DNA of 63,905 nucleotides, counting the filler, from Nemertoderma westbladi (lineage: Eukaryota > Animalia > Xenacoelomorpha): NCBI GenBank assembly GCA_032718475.1. It is 3 parts of 3 records of this genome, joined end to end, with 100 filler letters (N's around TTAATTAATTAA, not from the genome) between each part and the next. Parts side by side here need not be neighbours in the genome. Positions count along the whole stretch, not along the records: positions 46,594 to 63,905 come from JAUCBJ010003812.1; 2 more parts are not named here. One strand, written 5' to 3'. Of this stretch, positions 46,770 to 60,363 are shown piece by piece; within the stretch, counting starts at the first letter, position 1, and the number at the start of each line of letters is the position of its first letter. Below the pieces are notes generated by a model. The model was not told where the DNA came from and did no database searches. It saw only the letters and a list, made by a program, of their open reading frames with translations. The position numbers and the translations under genes were made by a program.

Positions 46770-49700
46770 CAGCTGGATTGAGCCGAGGATGGTGGAAGGG
46801 TGGAGCTGGAGCTACAACGGGTGGTATAGGGAGGAGCAGTTGGATTGGGGTGAGGTTGGTGGAAGGGTCGAGCTGGAGCCACAGCGGGTGGTATAGGGAG
46901 GAGCAGTTGGATTGGGCTGAGCTGAGGCTGGTGGAAGGGTGGAGCTGGAGCCACAGCGGGTGGTATAGGGAGGAGCAGTTGGATTGGGGTGAGGTTGGTG
47001 GAAGGGTCGAGCTGGAGACACAGCGGGTGGTATAGGGAGGAGCAGTTGGATTGGGCTGAGGCTGGTGGAAGGGTGGAGCAGGAGCCACAGCGGGTGGTAT
47101 AGGGAGGAGCAGTTGAATTGGGCTGAGGTTGGTGGAAGGGTCGAGCTGGAGCCACAGCGGGTGGTATAGGGAGGAGCAGTTGGATTGGGCTGAGGTTGGT
47201 GGAAGGGTGGAGCTGGAGCCACAGCGGGTGGTATAGGGAGGAGCAGTTGAATTGGGGTGAGGCTGGTGGAAGGGTGGAGCTGGAGCCACAGCGGGTGGTA
47301 TAGGGAGGAGCAGTTGGATTGGGGTGGTGCTGGTGGAAGGGTGGTGTTGGAGCCACAGCGGGTGGTATAGGGAGGAGCAGTTGGATTTGGCTAAGGATGG
47401 TGGAAGGGTGGAGCTGGAGCCACAGCGGGTGGTATAGGGAGGAGCAGTTGGTTTGGGCTGAGGTTGGTGAAGGGTCGAGCTGGAGCCACAGCGGGTGGTA
47501 TAGGGAGGAGCAGTTGAATTGGGCTGAGGTTGGTGGAAGGGTCGAGCTGGAGCCACAGCGGGTGGTATAGGGAGGAGCAGTTGGATTGGGCTGAGGTTGG
47601 TGGAAGGGTGGAGCTGGAGCCACAGCGGGTGGTATAGGGAGGAGCAGTTGAATTGGGGTGAGGCTGGTGGAAGGGTGGAGCTGGAGCCACAGCGGGTGGT
47701 ATAGGGAGGAGCAGTTGGATTGGGGTGGTGCTGGTGGAAGGGTGGTGTTGGAGCCACAGCGGGTGGTATAGGGAGGAGCAGTTGGATTTGGCTAAGGATG
47801 GTGGAAGGGTGGAGCTGGAGCCACAGCGGGTGGTATAGGGAGGAGCAGTTGGATTGTGCTGAGGTTGGTGGAAGGGTGGAGCTGGAGCCACAGCGGGTGG
47901 TATAGGGAGGAGCAGTTGGATTGGGCTGAGGTTGGTGGAAGGGTGGAGCTGGAGCCACAGCGGGTGGTATAGGGAGGAGCAGTTGGATTGGGGTGAGGCT
48001 GGTGGAAGGGTGGAGCTGGAGCCACAGCGGGTGGTATAGGGAGGAGCAGTTGGATTTGGCTGAGGTTGGTGGAAGGGTCGAGATGGAGCCACAGCGGGTG
48101 GTATAGGGAGGAGCAGTTGGATTGGGCTGAGCTGAGGCTGGTGGAAGGGTGGAGCTGGAGCTACAACGGGTGGTATAGGGAGGAGCAGTTGGATTGGGGT
48201 GAGGTTGGTGGAAGGGTCGAGCTGGAGACACAGCGGGTGGTATAGGGAGGAGCAGTTGGATTGGGCTGAGGCTGGTGGAAGGGTGGAGCAGGAGCCACAG
48301 CGGGTGGTATAGGGAGGAGCAGTTGAATTGGGCTGAGGTTGGTGGAAGGGTCGAGCTGGAGCCACAGCGGGTGGTATAGGGAGGAGCAGTTGGATTGGGC
48401 TGAGGTTGGTGGAAGGGTGGAGCTGGAGCCACAGCGGGTGGTATAGGGAGGAGCAGTTGAATTGGGGTGAGGCTGGTGGAAGGGTGGAGCTGGAGCCACA
48501 GCGGGTGGTATAGGGAGGAGCAGTTGGATTGGGGTGGTGCTGGTGGAAGGGTGGTGTTGGAGCCACAGCGGGTGGTATAGGGAGGAGCAGTTGGATTTGG
48601 CTAAGGATGGTGGAAGGGTGGAGCTGGAGCCACAGCGGGTGGTATAAGGAGGAGCAGTTGGATTGGGGTGGTGCTGGTGGAAGGGTGGTGTTGGAGCCAC
48701 AGCGGGTGGTATAGGGAGGAGCAGTTGGATTTGGCTAAGGATGGTGGAAGGGTGGAGCTGGAGCCACAGCGGGTGGTATAGGGAGGAGCAGTTGGATTGT
48801 GCTGAGGTTGGTGGAAGGGTGGAGCTGGAGCCACAGCGGGTGGTATAGGGAGGAGCAGTTGGATTGGGCTGAGGTTGGTGGAAGGGTGGAGCTGGAGCCA
48901 CAGCGGGTGGTATAGGGAGGAGCAGTTGGATTGGGGTGAGGCTGGTGGAAGGGTGGAGCTGGAGCCACAGCGGGTGGTATAGGGAGGAGCAGTTGGATTT
49001 GGCTGAGGTTGGTGGAAGGGTCGAGATGGAGCCACAGCGGGTGGTATAGGGAGGAGCAGTTGGATTGGGCTGAGCTGAGGCTGGTGGAAGGGTGGAGCTG
49101 GAGCTACAACGGGTGGTATAGGGAGGAGCAGTTGGATTGGGGTGAGGTTGGTGGAAGGGTCGAGCTGGAGACACAGCGGGTGGTATAGGGAGGAGCAGTT
49201 GGATTGGGCTGAGGCTGGTGGAAGGGTGGAGCAGGAGCCACAGCGGGTGGTATAGGGAGGAGCAGTTGAATTGGGCTGAGGTTGGTGGAAGGGTCGAGCT
49301 GGAGCCACAGCGGGTGGTATAGGGAGGAGCAGTTGGATTGGGCTGAGGTTGGTGGAAGGGTGGAGCTGGAGCCACAGCGGGTGGTATAGGGAGGAGCAGT
49401 TGAATTGGGGTGAGGCTGGTGGAAGGGTGGAGCTGGAGCCACAGCGGGTGGTATAGAGAGGAGCAGTTGGATTGGGGTGGTGCTGGTGGAAGGGTGGTGT
49501 TGGAGCCACAGCGGGTGGTATAGGGAGGATCAGTTGGATTTGGCTAAGGATGGTGGAAGGGTGGAGCTGGAGCCACAGCGGGTGGTATAGGGAGGAGCAG
49601 TTGGTTTGGGCTGAGGTTGGTGAAGGGTCGAGCTGGAGCCACAGCGGGTGGTATAGGGAGGAGCAGTTGAATTGGGCTGAGGTTGGTGGAAGGGTCGAGC

Positions 49701-52700
49701 TGGAGCCACAGCGGGTGGTATAGGGAGGAGCAGTTGGATTGGGCTGAGGTTGGTGGAAGGGTGGAGCTGGAGCCACAGCGGGTGGTATAGGGAGGAGCAG
49801 TTGAATTGGGGTGAGGCTGGTGGAAGGGTGGAGCTGGAGCCACAGCGGGTGGTATAGGGAGGAGCAGTTGGATTGGGGTGGTGCTGGTGGAAGGGTGGTG
49901 TTGGAGCCACAGCGGGTGGTATAGGGAGGAGCAGTTGGATTTGGCTAAGGATGGTGGAAGGGTGGAGCTGGAGCCACAGCGGGTGGTATAGGGAGGAGCA
50001 GTTGGATTGTGCTGAGGTTGGTGGAAGGGTGGAGCTGGAGCCACAGCGGGTGGTATAGGGAGGAGCAGTTGGATTGGGCTGAGGTTGGTGGAAGGGTGGA
50101 GCTGGAGCCACAGCGGGTGGTATAGGGAGGAGCAGTTGAATTGGGGTGAGGCTGGTGGAAGGGTGGAGCTGGAGCCACAGCGGGTGGTATAGGGAGGAGC
50201 AGTTGGATTGGGGTGGTGCTGGTGGAAGGGTGGAGCTGGAGCCACAGCGGGTAGTATAGGGAGGAGCAGTTGGATTGGGGTGAGGCTGGTGGAAGGGTGG
50301 AGCTGGAGCCACAGCGGGTGGTATAGTGAGGAGCAGTTGGATTGGGCTGATGATGGTGGAAGGGTGGTGCTGGAGCCACAGCGGGTGGTATAGGGAGGAG
50401 CAGTTTGATTGGGGTGGTGCTGGTGGAAGGGTGGAGCTGGAGCCACAGCGGGTGGTATAGGGAGGAACACTTGGATTGGTGTGGTGCTGGTGGAAGGGTG
50501 GTGCTGGAGCCACAGCGGGTGGTATAGGGAGGAGCAGTTGGATTTGGCTGAGGATGGTGGAAGGGTGGAGCTGGAGCCACAGCGGGTGGTATAGGGAGGA
50601 TCAGTTGGATTGTGCTGAGGTTGGTGGAAGGGTGGAGCTGGAGCCACAGCGGGTGGTTTAGGGAGGAGCAGTTGGATTGGGCTGAGGTTGGTGGAAGGGT
50701 GGAGCTGGAGCCACAGCGGGTGGTATAGGGAGGAGCAGTTGGATTGGGCTGAGGTTGGTGGAAGGGTGGAGCTGGAGCCACAGCTGGTGGTATAGGGAGG
50801 AGCAGTTGGATTGGGGTGAGGCTGGTGGAAGGGTGGAGCTGGAGCCACAGCGGGTGGTATAGGGAGGAGCAGTTGGATTGGGCTGAGGTTGGTGGAAGGG
50901 TCGAGCTGGAGCCACAGCGGGTGGTATAGGGAGGAGCAGTTGGATTGGGGTGAGGCTGGTGGAAGGGTGGAGCTGGAGCAACAGCGGGTGGTATAGGGAG
51001 GAGCAGTTGGATTGGGCTGAGGTTGGTGGAAGGGTGGAGCTGGAGCCACAGCGGGTGGTATAGGGAGGAGCAGTTGAATTGGAGTGAGGCTGGTGGAAGG
51101 GTGGAGCTGGAGCCACAGCGGGTGGTATAGGGAGGATCAGTTGGATTGGGCTGATGATGGTGGAAGAGTGGAGCTGGAGCCACAGCGGGTGGTATAGGAA
51201 GGAGCAGTTGGATTGTTCTGAGGTTGGTGGAAGGGTGGAGCTGGAGCCACAGCGGGTGGTATAGGGAGGAGCAGTTGGATTGGGGTGAGGCTGGTGGAAG
51301 GGTGGAGCTGGAGCAACAGCGGGTGGTATAGGGAGGAGCAGTTGGATTGGGCTGAGGTTGGTGGAAGGGTGGAGCTGGAGCCACAGCGGGTGGTATAGGG
51401 AGGAGCAGTTGAATTGGGGTGAGGCTGGTGGAAGGGTGGAGCTGGAGCCACAGCGGGTGGTATAGGGAGGAGCAGTTGGATTGGGGTGAGGCTGGTGGAA
51501 GGGTGGTGCTGGAGCCACAGCGGGTGGTATAGGGAGGAGCAGTTGGATTGGGCTGATGATGGTGGAAGGGTGGAGCTGGAGCCACAGCGGGTGGTATAGG
51601 GAGGAGCAGTTGGATTGTGCTGAGGTTGGTGGAAGGGTGGAGCTGGAGCCACATCGGGTGGTATAGGGAGGAGCAGTTGGATTGGGCTGAGGTTGGTGGA
51701 AGGGTCGAGCTGGAGCCACAGCGGGTGGTATAGGGAGAGAGGAGGTCCCACAAGAAATGAAAACAAATAAGTTAGTGCCAGTTCCCAAGAAGGGCAACCT
51801 AACACTCTATGGTTCTTTTCGGGGAATCTCATTGATCTCGATTGCTGCAAAACTATACAATAGAATTCTATTAAATCGCATCAGGGATCCCATTGAGAGA
51901 CTGCTACGTGGAAATCAGAATGGGTTCCGTAAAGGTCGTGGGACCATGGAGCCCATTTTGGCACTTAGAAGGATAATTGAAGAGTTATCAAAAAAGAAAG
52001 ACAGGCATCTGGCTGTTATCTTTGTTGACTTCTTCAAGGCCTTTGATTCAGTCTCTCGCTCACGTATGTTCAGCATACTTTCATTATATGGGATTCCTGA
52101 TGAAATTATTGCAGCAATCAGATCAGTATACGATGGTTCGACAACATTTGTGTCTACTGTTGACGGTGACACAGAACCATTTGAAGTGTTATGGGGCGTC
52201 CTCCAAGGAGACACACTTGCACCATTCTTGTTCATTATTGTGGTTGACTATGTTCTACGCATGTCCTTAGATCATCATAATGATGATGGGGTGATGATAA
52301 CTCCACCTACTGGTTCCAGAAGTCGAGGAAATCCTGCCAAGTACCTAACTGATCTAGACTTTGCTGATGACTTAGGAGTACTCTCAGAATCATTAGAGGG
52401 AGCCCAGCGGCTCCTCAGCTCATTAGAACATGCTGCTTCTAGTGTTGGTCTTTTTATTAACTCCAGAAAGACCAAAATTCTGACAGTTAACTTTGAAAAT
52501 CCTCAGCAAGTCTCTGATCGGATGAGCATAAGCTCAAAGGATGGTATGCTTGAGCATGTGGACGACTTCTGTTACCTGGGATCATGGATCCGGAAGTCAG
52601 GTGAGGACCTTCGAATACGTAAGGGAAAGGCATGGGCAGCCTTGAATAGGCTTTCCAGGATTTGGAAGTCACCTAGAATTAATCGGAAACTTAAGGTCCG

Positions 52701-53589
52701 ATTATTTAGAGCAGCAGTAGTTCCAGTACTCCTCTACGGGAGTCCATGCTGGGCTCTAACTGCTGAGGACACCAAATCTCTGGATGGCACATTCACAAGA
52801 ATGCTACGCCGGGTACATTGTGTCAAGTACAATGCACACATCTCCAACCAGACACTATATAACATTGGAGGTGTCTCATTGGTTCCCCCAAGCTTGACAC
52901 TAGAACAAAATCGCCTCCGCTTTGCAGGACATTGCTTTCGCCGTGAGGACCAGCCAGTGCATAATCTTGTACTTTGGCAGCCTCATGGAGTGAATAAGCA
53001 TGGTGGACAGCCCATGACTTTCTTGAGACGCATCTTAAAGGACACTGGCCTTAAAGATGCGGATGATCTAGCAAATGTCATGGGTGATAGGGAGTTGTGG
53101 CGGCGCAATTTTGTTGACAAGCCGGCACAGCATTCTTAAAAATGCAGCTGCAATGCAGCATGCCGATCCTAGTAGTAGTAGTAGTATAGGGAGGAGCAGT
53201 TGGATTGTGCTGAGGTTGGTGGAAGGGTGGAGCTGGAGCCACAGCGGGTGGTATAGGGAGGAGCAGTTGGATTGGCTGAGGTTAGTGGAAGGGTGGAGCT
53301 GGAGCCACAGCGGGTGGTATAGGGAGGAGCAGTTGGATTGGGGTGAGGCTGGTGGAAGGGTGGAGCTGGAGCCACAGCGGGTGGTATAGGTAGGAGCAGT
53401 TGGTTTGGGCTGAGGTTGGTGAAGGGTCGAGCTGGAGCCACAGCGGGTGGTATAGGGAGGAGCAGTTGGATTGGAGTGAGGCTGGCGGAAGGGTAGAGCT
53501 GGAGCAACAGCGGGTGGTATAGGGAGGAGCAGTTGGATTGGGCTGAGGTTGGTGGAAGGGTGGAGCTGGAGCCACAGCGGGTGGTATAC
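46770..53589. repeat. 67-bp G-rich satellite (~80 units), interrupted by an RTE insertion
   Basis: Unit ggagccacagcgggtggtatagggaggagcagttggattgggctgaggttggtggaagggtggagct. Confidence 0.97.
51738..53184 (+). mobile_element. 5'-truncated RTE-clade LINE with uninterrupted RT ORF (51757-53139)
   Basis: FVDFFKAFDSV, GVLQGDTLAP, LDFADD, FCYLGS; (TAG)n tail; TSD TATAGGGAG at 51729-51737 and 53185-53193. Confidence 0.93.
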
Positions 53590-54855
53590 CTTTACAACAC
53601 TATTCTAGGGCAGTGAAGTTAAACTTTTATTAGCATTGCAACTAACGAACGAAAGTGCTATTGTGTTGTATATTATAATCAATAATGTCCTGCTTGTTTC
53701 ACTTTTCACTTTTACTTGTATTGTTGATAGTATAGTGTATTCTCCTGCAATAAAGAAATAATTTTGCTGAAACGCAACCTTTTCCCGAAACGCAACATTT
53801 TGATCAAATTGCGACTGTTGCTCAAACGCGACTTTTTGGGCCGAGACGCATCTTTTTTGCCGAAACGCTACTTTTTTTTGCCGAAACGCAATTGTTGCCG
53901 AAACGCGACAGTTTCCGAAACGCGACGACACCCCCACACTACCAAAGTCACCCCACTCGTTGGACTACACTACAGTAGGTCGAGCGATCTAGGACAGTGG
54001 AAATGAGATCCTTTCAGGTTTCCCTTCCAGGCTTTGCGAGTTGTCGCAATTTCGTCAGTACTTTATCCGTATTAAGATAGTCTATCTATTTATGTTATAG
54101 CCGGTATATATATGTCCACGGCTACGCTTTCATTGTGTTGTTTGGTGGAAATGTAGATCTGGCATGTCCTCTTGTTTAATTCTCCAGGACTGCCCACTGA
54201 ATCCTTAATCTGTGTTCACGGGAGGTGGTTGATACAGGTCTTATTTCATCATTTCGGCATTATTTCATCATTATCATCATATTCATATTCATCATCATCA
54301 TTATTTCATCATTATCAGTTCGGCTGTAATAATCACTGTGTATTTTACTTATAGTTTTACTTTCTAGCACTTTATAAGATACGTTTCGTAGCGATACGTT
54401 TCAGAAAGGACGATAATTGTTATTTACAAGGTTTAAATGCCGACTTTAGAGTTCCGTTTTATTTTATTAGAACAAATAGATATATTAATTTATGAGCAAA
54501 ATATTATGTTTCATTAATATCCAAATAATAATCCACACACACAATTATCGTTATATTAAACTGTAAATGTATAGTATGTTTCTCAATATTACTTACTGTA
54601 TATTACGAATTAAACATTTCAAACTGGGACTTTATTAAAAAGTTTTAATTACGCTAGTAATTAGGTAGGCCTACTCTATATAACTTTTGGTAAATTCATT
54701 GGTGCTTTTCCATTTATGCTCTAAAAGGCATTGGAAGCGTAGTGGCCTTCGTCAATCATCCGAATACACTGTAACTACGATAAATATGCACAGTTTGAAA
54801 TAACGCAGGCAAATATAATTACATTATACGAATTACAGAATTACGGAACTTACAG

Positions 54856-55623
54856 TGGATAGTTATAAAACATGAAAATAACGGAAAAAACTAAATTATC
54901 AACGAAAATGTCGAAATTATAAAACAATCTACAAAATATCGCTTTCCAGTGAGATCGGTATTATTAAAAGGCACATATTACACTTTTTAATTAATAAAAT
55001 CCGATAATTTCGCCCCATTTTCGACCTTAAAAGTAATTTAATACTGTTACTAATATTGTTACAGTAGTAGTTGACCAAATGGCGGCTTGGATGAATCAAT
55101 TCAGCATCCAACAGATCAGTGTAGGCCCTACTGACACATCATAATAAAATGCATTACGGCATACGGTAGGTACAGTACCTCACAGTAGTAGCCTTAGCCT
55201 TACAGGTGTACACTGAATGCTAAAGTGACTGGCAGACAAGTGCGGTGTGGCGGGTGTGAACAGGCTTTCAGGTGAACGTAACAATAGTACTGCATTGTAG
55301 CAGTCGCAATGCAGTAGGCCTAAACAGCTAAACTGCCTACACTCTGACTGTACTGTCGAAATTTGAGTGCCATATTATCTTGTGGTGTTTTGCCATCATT
55401 GAATTACCCCTAACAACCAATCAGCATAGACAGTATTTGATAATAAATTATTTTTAGGGTCGAAAATGGGGCGAAATTATCGGATTTTATTAATTAAAAA
55501 ATGTAAGGTGTGCCTTTTAATAATGATACCGATCTCAATAGAAAGCTAGATTGTATTTAAACTTTTATAATTTCGATATTTTCGTTAATAATTTTGTCTT
55601 TTTCGGGTTTTAAAACTATCCCC
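54856..55623. mobile_element. Fold-back MITE with ~180-bp inverted arms
   Basis: taattaataaaatccgataatttcgccccattttcgacc (~54988-55026) is inverted at ~55458-55496, and the flanks also pair. Confidence 0.7.
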
Positions 55624-56576
55624 TACACTAATAGTAAAACATCTGTATATATAAGTTGCGAATAGGGTTGGCGAGGGAAGTAAGCGGCAAAGGTACTAAA
55701 AAGCGGAAACACATGGAAACACATCGTTTTAAGGCCGGAAACACCTAGAAACACATAGAAACACCTAGATTTTTATCAAGAATGAGACAGAATACAAGGA
55801 TTCGCTTTATTTTCTTCGAAATCAAAATTAAACGTAATAATTAACAACATATATCCGTTGCTATGCAGCATATCCGAGCGGGAGTTTTAAATTGCAGAAT
55901 TCATAATAATTCAGCCAGTAATTCAGTAGAATATGCACTGCACTTTACCGGTACTAGACTAGACTACTCAATAAAATAATTTTCACAAAATTTCATCTGA
56001 TAGATATGTTTCCCCCTTCTTTGATCTATCATATAAAAAAACTTTCATGTGATTAGATATAAAACTGTAAAAGCTTTAGGGTTTTATGCGCAACCAAGTT
56101 TTTTTTCCTATATTCCAAATTGTAGCCAAACCCAAATAATTTTGAAACGTTGGGAGTGATAAATCGAAGACAACTTCCTCGTTATTTACAAAAATACACC
56201 CGCCATAGATTATTGCCATTTTGTTATTCCTTATTTTCAATTGTTTCTAGTCCAACCTTTTATTCGCGCACCAACCCTATTATGGAAGCACAATTATTAA
56301 GCAAACGCCAATGTACAGTATACAATTACTGTATTTCCATATAAATACACCCTCTATGGTACCCTATTGATATTCTGAAAGTAATATTGAAAGAAAAGTG
56401 AATTTGTTCTACTTCTAGGTTTGTCATTCTTTACTATAAGATAAGAATTTCAGTAATTAGTATTCACAACATTAAATTTGTCCCACCCCGCAACCCCAAT
56501 TATGCGTTATCACGACTGATGGTTTTGTGATCATAGAGACCCACAAGACCCACCCAGTGCAGTCTGCTCTAATAGA

Positions 56577-58922
56577 CTACCAGACCGTACATTTTTTGGT
56601 GGGATTCATCGGGCTGTCTTTAGGACAACTGTAAACCTCGCTGAACTCGTAAGAATTGGACAAACTGCCAACCACACGCCACTTATCAGGGCTGTGATTG
56701 TCGGCATTTAGCAAATTAATAGCCATCTCCTTTGTAGCCGAGTAGCACCAGTTCTGTGCGAAGCTGAGGAAAAACAACTGCTCGTTATTAAGCATCAGGG
56801 CGGGTAGTTGTTTGTCTTCACCGTTCTGTTCCACCCAGGTTCGGTAGGCGAGGAAGGAACTCTTTAAACCACCATTATCCGCGATGTTCTCGCCCAGCGT
56901 TAAGTTACCGTTAACATTGAATCCATGCACTGTATAGGCACTGTACTGCTCCCTCATACAGTCTGCCTGTTTCTCGAACTTTGAGATCGAATCGTTGCTC
57001 CACCATCTGCGCAGGTTCCCTTTGGCATCGAATTTTCGTCCATTGGAGTCGAAACCGTGAGTCAACTCATGTCCTATGATCGACCCAATGCCTCCGAAGT
57101 TGAGCGCCTTGTGGAACAATTTATCGTAGAAGGGGGACTGGAGGATGGCGGCGGGGTACAACATTTCGTTGAATAAAGGATTGTAGATCGCGTTAATGGA
57201 CGAAGAGCCAAACCCTGGTGGTAGGAGATCCCAGGAATCGATATCTTCAAACGGCTCCCGCAGCTTAATCAAGTTATTTTCCAATGCGAATTTCATTAAT
57301 TTCATACTGTTATTAAAGAATTCATCTTCTTTCATCTCCAAAGACTTATATTTATCATTTAGGGAGGATCTATCGAGAATAATGTCCGGATAACCGATTA
57401 ACTTCTCCATCATCTTGGCTTTCCGCTCGGCTTTGTTCAATGTATCGGCATCGAGCCAGGCCACCCGTGGTAGATTCTCTATGAAAGCATCTCGGATTCT
57501 ATCAATCATCTTTGAAGCATCTTCCTTGCTAGCCTTATCAAATCGTCTATCTACAAACAACGCTCCAATGGCATATGGGAAACTATTCTCTGTTTGTTGG
57601 AGACAACTCTTCCACTTTGGTTCCTGATCTCCTCCAAAATATTGTTTTTTAAAGTTAATAAAATCATCAGAAAGATATTTAACCTGGACATCCATAAACC
57701 TGAACAACATGTAGTGTTCGACTACAACTGAATCAGTATGATTCATAATTGTACCTAAACCTTTCAAATATTCCAAGGAATACACAACAACTTCTTCCTT
57801 TGGTGTTATCGTATATCCAACGGGTTTAAATATATGTTGCAATAAATCCAGCCAGTTAACAACGGGAGCTTCTTCCTGAAGATCTTCTATTGTCATTTTG
57901 CGATAGTTTCTTTCAAGCTCGGGGGTGCTTTGGGTCAAAGGATGGGCTTCAATTAGCTCGGCTAATTCCATCTCGAACTCCAGCGTTTTTCGCATTGTTG
58001 TATTAAAGATTGTGGCATTGAGCCCGACATTCACAAACAAATCCTTCATATATTTCAATAGGTTAGCCATTGTTGAGTCGTTGTCTATGGTTTTATTTAT
58101 ATATAATTGGGGTTGATCCACAAGCAAAGATCCTTTGAAAATGTTGATTAGTTGTACATTAGTGTCCTTAATGTCTGTAGATGAACCCACAACTATTAAA
58201 GGCGTTAAATCTGTTTCCTGTAAACTCAGCATTGATAGGTCACTGAAAATCGTTTTTAGAAGATCAGTCAAGTCTTCATTCGATGTACTTCCATTAGACT
58301 CAGACCCGGGCGATTCCAAGTTCTTAAAGTTGTTTTGGATTATCTCTCTCAAGGGTTTTCCACCCAACTTGACTTTTGCACTTTCATCCATACAGGAGAG
58401 ATAATATCTATGAGCTTTACCTATTGCATCATCCTCGTTGGTATAATTCCCTCTGGCCGTTATTTCATCCAACATAGACTTTATAATTATCTTGTTTTCG
58501 AGGCCTTTCTTATCCATTGGATCCCATATGTCCGTATCGGGTGGAATAGGGTTCTTGTTGATCCATCCCCCACATGCATAGTTGTAGAAATCCTGACAGG
58601 GATCGACCGAGGTGTTCATATTAGCCCAGATGGAGGATGCCATGTAAATGCACTCGGGGGTCAGACATAATGCCTCACTACTTGAGCCTCCAATAATGGC
58701 GAGAACGATAATTAATGCTGCTACAATCAGTACCAGAAGTACAATTATCCCAAATAAAACGTTCCTTGTAGTGAAATAGCGTCGTACAATGGGACTAGAT
58801 GATTTAGGTAAAGTAATTTCAGCTCTCTCTACCTTGGACATTGTGATGTCTACTTTCTCAATCTCTAGACTATCGTCACATTTCGTCACTTCAAAATTGC
58901 CTCTTTTGAATTGCGATGTCAT
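56577..58922 (-). CDS. Intronless M13 zinc metallopeptidase (neprilysin/endothelin-converting-enzyme-like), ~781 aa, type II membrane protein
   Basis: N-terminal TM, DPCQDFYNYACGGW, NAIY, HELTH (HExxH), GENIADNGG, MNP..KCTVW C-terminus. First ATG at 58922. Confidence 0.95.
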   Translation of the reverse strand: MTSQFKRGNFEVTKCDDSLEIEKVDITMSKVERAEITLPKSSSPIVRRYFTTRNVLFGIIVLLVLIVAALIIVLAIIGGSSSEALCLTPECIYMASSIWANMNTSVDPCQDFYNYACGGWINKNPIPPDTDIWDPMDKKGLENKIIIKSMLDEITARGNYTNEDDAIGKAHRYYLSCMDESAKVKLGGKPLREIIQNNFKNLESPGSESNGSTSNEDLTDLLKTIFSDLSMLSLQETDLTPLIVVGSSTDIKDTNVQLINIFKGSLLVDQPQLYINKTIDNDSTMANLLKYMKDLFVNVGLNATIFNTTMRKTLEFEMELAELIEAHPLTQSTPELERNYRKMTIEDLQEEAPVVNWLDLLQHIFKPVGYTITPKEEVVVYSLEYLKGLGTIMNHTDSVVVEHYMLFRFMDVQVKYLSDDFINFKKQYFGGDQEPKWKSCLQQTENSFPYAIGALFVDRRFDKASKEDASKMIDRIRDAFIENLPRVAWLDADTLNKAERKAKMMEKLIGYPDIILDRSSLNDKYKSLEMKEDEFFNNSMKLMKFALENNLIKLREPFEDIDSWDLLPPGFGSSSINAIYNPLFNEMLYPAAILQSPFYDKLFHKALNFGGIGSIIGHELTHGFDSNGRKFDAKGNLRRWWSNDSISKFEKQADCMREQYSAYTVHGFNVNGNLTLGENIADNGGLKSSFLAYRTWVEQNGEDKQLPALMLNNEQLFFLSFAQNWCYSATKEMAINLLNADNHSPDKWRVVGSLSNSYEFSEVYSCPKDSPMNPTKKCTVW

Positions 58923-60363
58923 TATGTTATATGGTTCAAAAAATAAATTTATGTCACAATGAAACAGCAAACAACTACAAAATGAGACTTTAATCTGATT
59001 AACTTTTACAATGACTTACAGTAGTAATATCTGGTTTTGGGGTTTGAAAATGTGTAAAGCAAGACACACCTTGTATGGATTTTGTGCACACGAAGTCATT
59101 TTAAGTACTGCCAAATAGGTAATTACAGTGAATCTAGTCTGAAAATGAAAACTCATCTAAACACTAGTTCGCGCTTTGATATTGAACATAAACTAATTGC
59201 TACTACAAATAACCAAAAATTAAAATTTAAGTGCCGTTTGTGAGGTATGACGTTCAAACATTGAACCATTGAACCAAAGCAAACTGAAGCTAAATGTCCT
59301 GATTCTATATTTTTTGTAGTTTATGGGGTGTAAGACTCTTGTTTGTTTACTTTTAACTTAATATATATATAACAAACCCCCTGTTAGTCAGTATGTCGTT
59401 ATATTCAATTATCAAAACATTGAACCGACAGACAGCCAATAATGTCAATTTGTCCCACATTAAACTATTAATTTATACCAAAATCACCCAAGACTTCTAC
59501 TATATACTCCCATTCAAGGATCAGTGAAAAAAAAAACAGGGTAATACGAGTAATATGTACCCATGGACCGACACCGAAAGGCAATGGTCAATCCGCCAGT
59601 ACATTCCTTATCGGCCTGCACTTATATAAAGCGAGGACGGCAGAGTCAAACCAAATCCCAAGTCCAGTTTCATTGAGCAGCCGGAGAAGAAAAGTAATTA
59701 ATTGAACAATTAAATAATTAACTAACTAATTACTAATTAACAGAAAAATTCTCAACCGGTATCTATCCAAATTTGAAGACCTACGGTACTCCTACAAAAG
59801 CAGAGTGTAGTAAACATTATAATAAGTAATTAATTACAATCCCAAATTTACCATTAATAATGCTGAATTTTACACTTTTTTTTACCGTTAGTTGTTAACA
59901 AGACTTGCTCAACTGGAAGTGGAAAAAGTTATCTCGAAATTAGAAGAAGTTGAAGATGTTCCTGAAGAGTGAAGACACTGCCTCATCCAATCAATCTAAG
60001 AAGGAAGTTCAACTTTATGAATAAGCTATGCATGGTGGGGCTGAACCAACGTTTTTTTAAATAAAAAAGCCCAAACTAAATGATTTCATTTATTGGTTAT
60101 TTATTATTAAATGACTTCAATACCCTGGTTCCGACCCTGATATTTTCAAAATCTTTTGCCGGTGTCTTTTTCTTAAAATTACTAAATAAATTAGTAATAC
60201 TATTTATAATAATGTTATATATATTATAAAAAATGCCCAGACCAAATTATAGCATTTATCGAGAATTTCAATCAACCTGATTTCGAATCTGATAATTTTA
60301 TAATATTTCGTCGGTGTCTTTTAGAGTAATTTAATAAATTAAATATTAAATAATATTAATATT

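Noticed and set aside
46927-51500. Chi-like GCTGGTGG in satellite variants
   Set aside because: Expected by chance in a G-rich monomer; Chi has no established role in animal nuclear DNA.
46699-51850. Long Pro/Ser/Thr/Cys-rich ORFs (up to 602 aa)
   Set aside because: They arise from the stop-poor C-rich strand of a 67-bp satellite that is open in all three frames.
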